Below, one piece after another: positions 37,578 to 46,629 of a stretch of 64,000 nt of DNA; within the stretch, counting starts at the first letter, position 1, and every line of letters begins with the position of its first letter. The DNA is from an uncultured Planctomycetota bacterium (GTDB taxonomy: Bacteria; Planctomycetota; Planctomycetia; Isosphaerales; Isosphaeraceae). The position numbers and the translations under genes were made by a program. The stretch lies in contig CAVTTN010000002.1 of assembly GCA_963737655.1 (NCBI GenBank), positions 2,144,001-2,208,000 of the forward strand, written 5' to 3'. The notes under the pieces were generated by a model that searched no databases, was not told the origin of the DNA, and was given only the letters and a program-made list of their open reading frames with translations.

Positions 37578-39475
37578 TTACGTGTTGAACTCCAGGGCTT
37601 CTTCCCAGTGGGCGTAGAGGGTGGCCAGCTTCGCTTTCAGGTCGTCGTACCGGGCCTGGACGGTCCGGGCGGTCTCGGCGTCCTTCCAGGTCTCGGGCTG
37701 GCCCAGCGCGGCTTCGAGATCGGCGACCTCGGCCTCCATTTCGCCGATCTCGGCCTCCAGGTCGCTCGCCTTGCGGTAGGGGAATTTCTTCTTCTTCTTC
37801 TCGGGACGGCCGGGGTCGGAGGATTTCGCCGATGAGGACGACGAGGCCTCGGCCTTCGCCGGGGCCGAGGCGGCTTCTTGCTGGGCGAGCCGTTGGTACG
37901 TCTCGTAATCCCCCTCGATCGTCTTCGCCCGGCCGGATGAGACCACGATCAGCCGATCGGCCACGGCGTTGAGGAAGTAGCGGTCGTGGCTGACCACCAG
38001 CACGGTCCCCTCGAACTCCCGGATCGAGCGTTCCAGGGCCTCGCACGCCCAGATGTCCAGGTGGTTCGTCGGCTCGTCCATCACCAGGAGGTTCGCCCCC
38101 GTCGCCGCGAGCCGGGCGAGGGCCGCCTTGCCCTTCTCGCCGCCGGAGAGCTGCCCGACGGTCTGGAAGACGATCTCTCCGCTGAGGCCGAACCGGGCGA
38201 GGAGGTCGCGGACGTCCCCCTCGACCCAGTCCGGATCGTCCTCCGGCCAGACGGCGCGGACCACCGAGGTCTGGGGGGGGAGGGCTTCGAGGCCCTGGTC
38301 GTAATATCCCACCTGGACCTTGTGGCCGAGCTTCACGTCGCCGGAATCGGCCTTCTCCCGGCCGATCAGGATCTTCAGGAGGGTCGATTTGCCGGCCCCG
38401 TTGGGGCCCATCACGCCCACGCACTGGCCCCGGAGGACCGAGACGTTGTACTTCGCGAACAGGGGCTTGTCGAACGCCTTGGAGACCTCCCGGGCCTCCA
38501 CCACGATGTCGCCCGAGCGCTCGACCTCGCCGAACCCCATGACCGGGCCGACGATGTCTCGCATCGTCTCGACCCGCTCGATCCTCGCCAGCTTCTTCTC
38601 GCGGTCCTTGGCCTGGGTCGCCCGCTGGCCCGCCCCGTACTTGCGGATGTAGGCTTCGAGGTCGGCGATCTGCTCCTGCTGCTTCTCGGATTGCTTCTGG
38701 AGGTTCTTTGCCTTCTCCTGGCGGAGCCTCCAGTAGTGCGAATAATTGCCGGGGTAGACCTCGATCTTCCCCTCGTGGAGCTCCCAGATCCTGGTCACGA
38801 CCTTGTCGAGGAAGTAGCGGTCGTGGCTGACGACGACCATCGCCACCGGCTGGCGAGTCAGGTAGCTTTCGAGCCATTCGGTGGTGGCGATGTCCAGGTG
38901 GTTGGAGGGTTCGTCCAGGAGCATCACGTCGGGGCTTTCCAGGAGCAATTTCGCGAGCATGAGCCGCGACTGCTGGCCGCCGGAGAACGTCCGGGCGGGC
39001 CGGGTGAAGTCCTCGGGGGAGAAGCCGAGCCCCCGAGGATCTCCTCGACGCGGTGGTCGATCGAATAGGCGTCCTGGTGCTCGATCCGGTCGCGGATCTC
39101 CTCGTAGCGGCGGGTGGCGCGGTCGCGATCGGGGGCGTCGTCGGCCTCGGCGATCTCCCGGGCGGCCTCCTCCATCTCGCGCTGGAGGTCCAGGAGCGAG
39201 GCCAGGCCGGACCGGGCCACGTCGATCAGCGTCTCGTCGGGCGAGAAGTCCGGCTGCTGCCTCAGGAGGCTCACGCGGACTCCCGGACGGACGTGCAGAT
39301 GCCCATATTCCGGCTGGTCCTCGCGGGCCAGGAGCTTCATCAACGTGGTCTTGCCCGCGCCGTTGGGCCCGACCAGGCCGATCCTCTCCCCGGCGCGGAC
39401 CTCGAACCGGAGGCCGGTGAAGATCGGGTCGCCGGCATACTGGCGGCCGAGGTCGGAGGCGGAGATCAGGATCAT
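37578..39475 (-). CDS. ABC-F family ATP-binding protein (frameshift near 39030)
   Basis: Two NBDs (GPNGAGKTT / FSGGQ / LDEPSNHLD and GPNGAGKST / LSGGE / DEPTNHLD), no TM segments, C-terminal coiled coil. Confidence 0.92.
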
Positions 39476-39568
39476 CGACGGGGTCCGCTGGGGCTCGGCG
39501 AGCGCGGGGCGATCCGCCCGCGATCCCCGCATTATAGGAGATCCGCGACGCCCGGACGACGCCTCGGC

Positions 39569-41311
39569 TCACGGCAGCCGGAAGAAGGCGATCCGCCCCC
39601 CGGGGCCCTCGGAGGGCTTCGAGCCGGTGGCCTCCTCCAGCTCGGCCTCGATCGCCCGGCCGCCGTCGGCGAAGCCCAGGCGATCGACGGTCACCCCGCC
39701 GAACCCCTTCGCCTTGAGTTCGGCGACCATCCCCGGGACCGATTTCGCCGCCGCGGCCTTCTGCCAGAGGTCGGTCTCCCGTCCCTTGATCGCGCCGTAG
39801 CTCCATTTGAGCGTCCGGGAGTGGAAATAGCCCCACAAATGGTCGTAATCGCGCATCCGGCCCATCGGCAGGCTCTCGGGGAAGGCCACGTACGGGAGCA
39901 TGAAGACGCTCGGGCGGTCGGCGATCGCCGCCTCGATCTCGCGGACGAACCGGGCGTCCTCGGCGAATTCGAGGCGTTCGCGGTCGTGGTCGGGGACGGT
40001 CGCCGCCGGGGACTGGTCCCAGATCCCGACGGCCAGGAGGACGGACAGCCCCGCCAGGAACGTAAAGCGACGTAAAGGAGACGTGCCAAGCCGCGTCCAG
40101 GCCGCGTCCAGCCCCATCGCGGCCGCGAATAGAGCGTAAAAGGCGACGTAAACGCTGATCCGGTTGTACGCGCGGATCTGGGTCGAGACCAGTCGCGAGA
40201 AGACCACCCCGAAGCCGCCGACGGTCCCCAGGAGGATCGACGCGACCGTCAATCGGCCCAGGGGGACGGTCAAGTCGTCGTCCTTCGTCGGCAGGAACAG
40301 CGAGACGATCAGGGCGAGGAACCCGCAGACGCCGACGATCCCCAGCGAGCTCGTCTCGTTCTCGTTCACGTCGTTCATCGAGACGCGCCGGGTCTCCCCG
40401 GGGCCGATCACGCCATGAATCCCGAACTTCTGGAGCAGGGGCCAGCGGTGGCCGAGGGCCGGCATCAGCAGTTGGTGGATCTTCAGGCCGAAATGCTCGG
40501 CCTCCCAGGCGGTCCTCTTCGCCACCTCGGGCGATCGGCCATGACGGGAGAAGTAGATCAGGCTCGGCGCGAGGTGGGCGGCCAGGGACGCGGCGATCAG
40601 GCCCAGGACCGTGGCCGAGGCCAGGACCGTCCGCCTCCCGCCGCCCCGGCCCAGCGCGGCGACCGTGGCCACGGCCGTCAGGAACGCGCCGAAGAAGGCG
40701 TAATAGACGCCCGAGGCCGGCATCAGCAGGCACGTCAGGACCGTGAAGAACGCCGCCCCGGGCCTGCGGAACAGGGGCTCGCGCCTCCACAGTCGCAGGA
40801 CGACCACGCTCATCCACGGGACGGCGTAATAGCCCGAGAGCAGGATGTGGCTCTGGCCCCTCAGGTAGTGATAGGGCAGGAACGCATAAAGGACCGCCGC
40901 GACGGTCGCCGCCGGGGCCCCGATCCCGAAGCTGCGGAACGCCCAGAGGGCCGTCCAGGCGGCCAGGGGGTAGCCGATCAGGTAGAACAGGTTCACCACG
41001 GTCCCGTAATCGGTCGAGAACCGGCCGATCAGCCGGACCAGGCCGAAGTGGGCCGAGTCGGTCAGCGGATAATCGTGGAGGTCCATCTCCCCGGGGGCGC
41101 CGAGCCGGGGGTCGTGGACGTACCAGCCCTGGTCGAGCGTGGTCTTGAGCCACATGGCGTGCTCGAACGTGTCGCCGCGAACCGAATAGTACAGCGGGAC
41201 GCGGAGGTCGGCGCGATCGAGGCGGAGGGTGGCGACCAGGGCCAGTGCGGAGACCAGCCCGGCGACGAGGTAGGCGAGCGGGGCGGGACGGTCAGCTCGG
41301 GGCGGGTGCAT
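39569..41311 (-). CDS. polytopic membrane protein, GT-C/YfhO-like putative glycosyl or sugar transferase
   Basis: About 11-13 TM segments with periplasmic loops (GDTFEH, LGAPG..DYP, YAFLPYHYLR, IRAYNRISVY) and a soluble C-terminal domain. Confidence 0.6.
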   Translation of the reverse strand: MHPPRADRPAPLAYLVAGLVSALALVATLRLDRADLRVPLYYSVRGDTFEHAMWLKTTLDQGWYVHDPRLGAPGEMDLHDYPLTDSAHFGLVRLIGRFSTDYGTVVNLFYLIGYPLAAWTALWAFRSFGIGAPAATVAAVLYAFLPYHYLRGQSHILLSGYYAVPWMSVVVLRLWRREPLFRRPGAAFFTVLTCLLMPASGVYYAFFGAFLTAVATVAALGRGGGRRTVLASATVLGLIAASLAAHLAPSLIYFSRHGRSPEVAKRTAWEAEHFGLKIHQLLMPALGHRWPLLQKFGIHGVIGPGETRRVSMNDVNENETSSLGIVGVCGFLALIVSLFLPTKDDDLTVPLGRLTVASILLGTVGGFGVVFSRLVSTQIRAYNRISVYVAFYALFAAAMGLDAAWTRLGTSPLRRFTFLAGLSVLLAVGIWDQSPAATVPDHDRERLEFAEDARFVREIEAAIADRPSVFMLPYVAFPESLPMGRMRDYDHLWGYFHSRTLKWSYGAIKGRETDLWQKAAAAKSVPGMVAELKAKGFGGVTVDRLGFADGGRAIEAELEEATGSKPSEGPGGRIAFFRLP

Positions 41312-41516
41312 CGCGGGGCGTCCTTGCCGGGTCGGACCGATCGAGGTCGTCGTCGGGGCGGATTATGATCGCCGGGGGCCACGATCGACAAGGCGGAACC
41401 GCCGTCCCGTAGGAATTCGTCGCCGCCATGTTGCCAGGGGGCGGGCCGATCGGGTAAAAAATCGCCGGTGTCTCGATGAAGGCGAGGCGATCGAGATCTC
41501 GGTGAGGGGGCCGGCG

Positions 41517-42506
41517 ATGGCGATTGAATTTTCCTGCTCCGGATGCGGGCAGAGGTACAAGGTCGCCGACGGCCTGGCCGGCCGGGCGATCCGCTGCCAG
41601 AAGTGCGAAACCCCGCTCAAGATCCCCTCGGCGGCGCCGGCGATGGCCCCGTCGGAGTCCCCGGCGATGCGAGGGCCGACGGCCTCGGCCCGTCCCCCGT
41701 TGCAGAGCTTCGACACCGAGGCGCCGGCGAAGCCCAGGCCGGCCGCCCGGCCGCCCCTCCAGAGCTTCAGCTCCGCCCCGCCGACGCCGACCCCGAAGCC
41801 CACCCCGATCCCGTCGCGGCCCTCGCCCCGTCCCGCCCCGAGGCCGCCGGTCGAGGAACAGGTCTACGACGCCGAGGCCCTGGAAATCGAGGACGAGCCG
41901 GAGCTCGACGAGGACCTGGAGATCGTCGAGGACGCCGCCACCGACCCCTACGGCGTGGACGAGGTGTATGCCCCCCCTCGCGCCACCAGGCCCGCCTACG
42001 ACGAGGCCGATGACTCCGTCGGCCGACCCGGACGCCCCGGCAAGGGGAAGAAGGGGAAGCGGATGGAGTACGCGGGCTTCTGGAAGAGGCTCTGCGCCCT
42101 GATCGTGGACAACATCATCTTCCGGTTGCTCTCCTACGGGATCGGCTTCGGCCTCGGGATCATGATCGGTGTCTACTACAGCGCGAGCCTTCACCGGAGC
42201 GTGACCCCGGAGGACCTCGCCGGCTTCGCCCCCTACTTCTTGATCCTCGAACTCGTCCTGTGGGTCCTGTACTTCGCCGGGATGAACGCCTCCGAACGCC
42301 AGGGGACCCTGGGCAAGAACGCGATGGGGATCATCGTGACCGACACCGAGGGGCATCGGATCGGGTTCGGCAGGGCCGTGGCCCGCCAGTTCGCCTGGCT
42401 CCTGAGCGTGTTCACGATCTTCATCGGCTTCTTCATGGTCCTCTTCACCGGGAAGAAGCAGGCGCTTCACGACCTCCTCTGCGGCACGCTCGTCCTGAAG
42501 AAGTGA
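41517..42506 (+). CDS. RDD family protein with N-terminal zinc ribbon and Pro-rich linker
   Basis: CSGC...CQKC, YAGFWKRLCALIVD, TLGK and QALHDLLCGTLV. Confidence 0.9.
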   Translation: MAIEFSCSGCGQRYKVADGLAGRAIRCQKCETPLKIPSAAPAMAPSESPAMRGPTASARPPLQSFDTEAPAKPRPAARPPLQSFSSAPPTPTPKPTPIPSRPSPRPAPRPPVEEQVYDAEALEIEDEPELDEDLEIVEDAATDPYGVDEVYAPPRATRPAYDEADDSVGRPGRPGKGKKGKRMEYAGFWKRLCALIVDNIIFRLLSYGIGFGLGIMIGVYYSASLHRSVTPEDLAGFAPYFLILELVLWVLYFAGMNASERQGTLGKNAMGIIVTDTEGHRIGFGRAVARQFAWLLSVFTIFIGFFMVLFTGKKQALHDLLCGTLVLKK

Positions 42507-42537
42507 TCCGGACCGCTCCGGGAGAGCCCCTCCGACG

Positions 42538-42999
42538 ATGGCGTTCTGGCTGTTCAAGACCGAACCCGGCTGCTTCTCGTTCGCGGACCTGATGGCCTGC
42601 CCCGGTCGATCGACCGGGTGGGACGGGGTCCGCAATCACCAGGCCCGGAACTTCCTCCGGGACTCGGTGAAGCTCGGCGACGGCGTGTTGTTCTATCACT
42701 CCAATGGCGACCCTCCGAGCGTGGCGGGGATCGCCGAGGTGATCGAGGAGGGGCATGCCGACCCCTCCGCGTTCGACCCTTCCGACGAGCATTTCGACCC
42801 CAGGAGCGTCCGGGAGGCCCCCACCTGGTTCCAGGTCCGAATCCGGGGCGTCCGGGCGCTCGACCCGCCCCTGACGCTCCCCCAATTGCGGACGATTCCC
42901 GCCCTGGCCGGGATGGAGCTGCTCCGCAAGGGGAGCCGGTTGTCGATCCAGCCGGTCCGGCCCGAGGAATGGGCCGCGATTTTGGACCTGGCGAAGTGA
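42538..42999 (+). CDS. EVE domain protein
   Basis: WLFKTEP, WDGVRNHQARNFLR, FYHS and RLSIQPV. Confidence 0.93.
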   Translation: MAFWLFKTEPGCFSFADLMACPGRSTGWDGVRNHQARNFLRDSVKLGDGVLFYHSNGDPPSVAGIAEVIEEGHADPSAFDPSDEHFDPRSVREAPTWFQVRIRGVRALDPPLTLPQLRTIPALAGMELLRKGSRLSIQPVRPEEWAAILDLAK

Positions 43000-43032
43000 C
43001 GTCTTCCCCCACTCTCGACGGATGAGGCCGCC

Positions 43033-43422
43033 ATGTCCCGGATCGAGCATTTCGCCCTGTTCGCCGACGACCTGGAGGGCCTCCGGGCGTTCTACACCGA
43101 GGCGATGGGCCTCCGCGTGATCCTCGACAACAGCCGGGCGCCGGTGGCCGGCTACTTCCTCGCCGACGACGGCGAGGGGGTCGTCGAGATCATCGCCCGC
43201 CCCCCGGGCACGCCTCGCCCCAACACCCGGTTCGCCTGCCACGTCGCCTTCTGGGTCGAGGATTATTCGGCGGCCAGGGCCGCGCTGATCGCCCGAGGGG
43301 CCGCCTTCGAGACCGAGACCGAGGTCTTGACCGACACGATCCGGACCGGCTTCTTCGACGACCCGCAGGGCAATCGGCTCCAGATCGTCTGGAGGGCGAG
43401 GCCGCTGGGCCCGGGTTCCTGA
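43033..43422 (+). CDS. VOC/glyoxalase family protein
   Basis: IEHFAL..DL....FY, HVAFWVED and FFDDPQGNRLQI. Confidence 0.88.
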   Translation: MSRIEHFALFADDLEGLRAFYTEAMGLRVILDNSRAPVAGYFLADDGEGVVEIIARPPGTPRPNTRFACHVAFWVEDYSAARAALIARGAAFETETEVLTDTIRTGFFDDPQGNRLQIVWRARPLGPGS

Positions 43423-43463
43423 GCCGGGGCGATCCGCCGAGGACGGATTCGCCGAGGCGGGCG

Positions 43464-44054
43464 ATGGCGGCGGGAGGGCATTGGGATTATGATGATCCGG
43501 GTCGGGATGACCTGCCCTCGATCCCGACCCTCGCCCACCCCGGGAGCCAGGCGGTGCCCGAACCGCAGCCCGACCTTCGTGACCTGAACCTGGACGACCT
43601 TCGCAAGGCGGTGGCCCTGTACCTCGCGGTGGCCTACCCGTCGGGAGACCCGCCCGAGGCGGTCCGCCGCCGATTGGCCTGGCCCGACGGGGAAGACGCC
43701 GGCTCGATCGTGGCGAAACCGCCCTTCGAGAGGGCGAGCAAGCCCGGCGCGCCCCCGATCCACGCGCTCCGCCTGGGCAACACGCGCTATCCCCACATGA
43801 AGCTCCAGATCCAGCCCTGGCCCAACCCCGCCGGGTTCCTCCTGTCGGTCAATACCCACGACCAGGTGCTCGGGCTCGACCCCTCCGCCGCCGACGCCAA
43901 CGCCTTCCGCGAGCTCCAGGCCGAGAACTCGCGGATCAAGGAGGCCATCGAGGCCGCCTGGGGCGCCGCCGGCCTGCCCACCTTCCTCAACTACCTCCGA
44001 GGCTACCTCGAAACCCATCCGCCCGCCGAGGACTCGCCCCAGGCCGGGGCCTGA
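43464..44054 (+). CDS. hypothetical protein (start uncertain)
   Basis: GC3-biased ORF with the motif-like segments LRLGNTRYPHMKL and VNTHD. Confidence 0.7.
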   Translation: MAAGGHWDYDDPGRDDLPSIPTLAHPGSQAVPEPQPDLRDLNLDDLRKAVALYLAVAYPSGDPPEAVRRRLAWPDGEDAGSIVAKPPFERASKPGAPPIHALRLGNTRYPHMKLQIQPWPNPAGFLLSVNTHDQVLGLDPSAADANAFRELQAENSRIKEAIEAAWGAAGLPTFLNYLRGYLETHPPAEDSPQAGA

Positions 44055-44147
44055 TCGGAGGCGATCGGAGGGACGGAGGTCGGCCGGGCGCCGTCTCCCG
44101 ATCGGGACCTCCCGAGGGCGGCGTCCGGACCCCGTTCGGGGAGGCGT

Positions 44148-45848
44148 TCAGGCCTGGGAGAGGGCCCGCCGGTTCCGCGCTCGCGACCGGGCCGGGACCG
44201 ATTGCGGGGCCTCGGATCGCGAGGCTTCCGGGGAATCCGATCCGGCCTGGTGGGGTTGGTACTCGGGGAGGAGTTCGGCGAGGGCGGCCCGGATCGCCGT
44301 CTCGGGGCCGTCGGCGATCGCGGCGAGTCGGGCGAGTCCGGACCAGAAGGGGCCGGATTCGATCGGGCGGTGCCGGGCCCGGAAGATCCGGGGATGGGAC
44401 GTGGGGAGGCGGTGCTCGGTGTCGTCGTAAAGCTCTTCGTGGAGCTTCTCTCCGGGCCTTCGGCCGGTGATCTGGATGGCGATGTCCTGGCCTTCCCGGA
44501 GCCCGGCCAGGCGGATCATCGAGCGGGCGAGGTCGAGAATGCGGACGGGACGGCCCATGTCGAGGACGAAGATCTCCCCTCCTTCACCCAGGGCGCCCGC
44601 CTGAAGGACCAGGCCGGCGGCCTCGGGGATCGTCATGAAGTAGCGGGTCATCTCGGGATCGGTCACCGTGATCGGGCCCCCTCGGCGGATCTGCTCCGAG
44701 AAGATCGGCACGACGCTGCCGGTGGAGCCCAGGACGTTGCCGAACCGGACGGTCACCATCCTCGTCCGGGTCAGGCCGTCGAGCGACTGGACGGTCATCT
44801 CCGCGAGCCTCTTGGACGCCCCCATCACGCTGGAGGGGTTCACCGCCTTATCCGTCGAGATCATCACGAACGCCTCGACGCCGGCGCGGAGGCTCTCGGC
44901 GGCGAGAGTGCGGGTTCCCAGGACGTTGTTCTTGACGGCGGCGCCCGGGTTCCGCTCCATCATCGGCACGTGCTTGTGGGCCGCGGCGTGGAGGACCACC
45001 TCCGGCCGGTGGGCCTCGAAGAGCGTCCGCAGGCCGCGGAAGTCCTGGATGCTGATCAGGTTCGGGACCAGCTCGCACTCGCCGGCGCAGTCGGCCAGCT
45101 CGCGTTCGAGGTAGAAGAGACCGTTCTCGTTCACGTCCACCAGGACGAGCTTCGCCGGGGAGAACCCGAGGGCCTGGCGGCAGATTTCCGAGCCGATGCT
45201 CCCCGACGCCCCCGTGACCAGCACCACCTTGCCCCGGAGGAACTCGCCGATGGCCGGGCGGTCGAGCCGGACGGGCTCGCGGTTGAGGAGCCGGGCCGGG
45301 TCGATTTCCTGGGGGATGGGAAGCCTGGGGGTGATGGGTGAGGGACTCGCGGCGGAGGGACGGGTCACGATCACGTCGCGGACGGCCCGGACGGCGGCTC
45401 GCGAGGCGACCAGGCCGAGGACCGTCGCGACCCAGTCCAGGAGAAAGATCGAGCGGGGCAGGGGGTGGCCCAACGCCTGGGCCGTCGCGAAGGCCGCGAG
45501 CGAGCCGGCGGAGGCAGACTCGGCCAGAGAGGCGAAGTCGGCGAGAGAGGCGAGCCGCCACCAGCCCCGATGCGACCGATTGGCCAGGACCGCGAGCAGC
45601 TTCAGGCCGACGACGGCGGGCAGGAAGGCCAGGGCCGAGGCCCAGACCGTGGTCGGCACCGCCCCATCGAACCGTCCAAGGCACGCGGCGAGGAAGACCA
45701 GGCCGAAGCCGGCGGCAAGGACCGCCAGGACCAGGGCGCCCCGGGCCTCGGAGGCCACGGAAGGCCTCGGTGAGAGTTCGCGATCCTTTGGATCGGGAAA
45801 GTCCGCTGCGCTCGTCGCGGGGCCGAGGTCCAGGGCGAAGGGTCGCAT
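44148..45848 (-). CDS. membrane-anchored UDP-GlcNAc 4,6-dehydratase (CapD/PglF family)
   Basis: Four TM segments, VLVTGASGSIGSEI, HAAAHKHVP, ISTDKAVNP, VRFGNVLGS and RYFMTIPEA. Confidence 0.92.
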   Translation of the reverse strand: MRPFALDLGPATSAADFPDPKDRELSPRPSVASEARGALVLAVLAAGFGLVFLAACLGRFDGAVPTTVWASALAFLPAVVGLKLLAVLANRSHRGWWRLASLADFASLAESASAGSLAAFATAQALGHPLPRSIFLLDWVATVLGLVASRAAVRAVRDVIVTRPSAASPSPITPRLPIPQEIDPARLLNREPVRLDRPAIGEFLRGKVVLVTGASGSIGSEICRQALGFSPAKLVLVDVNENGLFYLERELADCAGECELVPNLISIQDFRGLRTLFEAHRPEVVLHAAAHKHVPMMERNPGAAVKNNVLGTRTLAAESLRAGVEAFVMISTDKAVNPSSVMGASKRLAEMTVQSLDGLTRTRMVTVRFGNVLGSTGSVVPIFSEQIRRGGPITVTDPEMTRYFMTIPEAAGLVLQAGALGEGGEIFVLDMGRPVRILDLARSMIRLAGLREGQDIAIQITGRRPGEKLHEELYDDTEHRLPTSHPRIFRARHRPIESGPFWSGLARLAAIADGPETAIRAALAELLPEYQPHQAGSDSPEASRSEAPQSVPARSRARNRRALSQA

Positions 45849-46060
45849 AATACTCTCTCCTCCAGGTGAAGGCAGGCCGACCCGAGGCCGACCCGATCCG
45901 ATCCGATCCGCCGCAACCCTAGGCTCTGTCTGGCCCCGTGGCAAAACCGCCTCGCGATTTGACGGGCGGGTGACGGTGACCTAGGTTGCCCGGCAGAGCA
46001 GAAGCTCTGGGACGGACGAGGAGGAGCCTCGATTCGCCTCCGGGCCTTCGGGAGTCAACC

Positions 46061-46606
46061 ATGATCCGTTCTTTGTGCATCCTGGAGGCGGTCTCGATCG
46101 GGCTGGCGCTCGCGGGGACTGCGTCGGCGGGCGCCCCGAAGCCTCGATCGCAGTTCGTCCACGAATTGCGGGCGAAGTCCGATCAGGCGGCCCTGAAACA
46201 ACTTGCGAAGGGCGGTCAGGCCGTCTCCCGAGACCTCGACCGGATCGACGCGGCCCTCGGCGCGGGGGCGTCCTCGAAAAAGCTGGCGGCCCTCGGCAAG
46301 ACCCTGAACCACGATCTCGGCCAGTTTGACCAGCTTGCCTCGGCGCCTGGGTCGGCGTCGTCGGCCCCGGCGAGATCGGCCTTGCTCCAGGCGACATCCA
46401 ACCGGGTCCAGCAGTCGCTGGACCGGGACTCGGCGGCGGTCTCCGCGAATCCCGGGCTGGCGGGGTTCGTCGGGCCGATGTCGGCACGATTGACGACCGA
46501 GAACCAATCCATTCAGACCACGATCCGGACGATCGACCGCCAGGCGGCCACGCCGACGGCCCCTTCGGCGGCGGTGAACGTCGTTCAGGCGGTTTTCGGA
46601 CGCTAG
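46061..46606 (+). CDS. secreted helical hypothetical protein
   Basis: GGAG RBS, signal peptide ending ASA, Ala/Gln-rich. Confidence 0.65.
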   Translation: MIRSLCILEAVSIGLALAGTASAGAPKPRSQFVHELRAKSDQAALKQLAKGGQAVSRDLDRIDAALGAGASSKKLAALGKTLNHDLGQFDQLASAPGSASSAPARSALLQATSNRVQQSLDRDSAAVSANPGLAGFVGPMSARLTTENQSIQTTIRTIDRQAATPTAPSAAVNVVQAVFGR

Positions 46607-46629
46607 GCGGCTCGGACGAGGCATTTTCC

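Noticed and set aside
37578..41153. 1191-aa ORF as a giant ABC fusion protein
   Set aside because: Only the C-terminal part is ABC-F. The true N-terminus is in another frame (ATG at 39475), and the upstream part is an off-frame read of the neighbouring membrane-protein gene.
45938..45990. c-di-GMP-I riboswitch (GGCAAAAC... start)
   Set aside because: It lacks the GNRA-capped P2 and the following GACGCAAAG-type segment.
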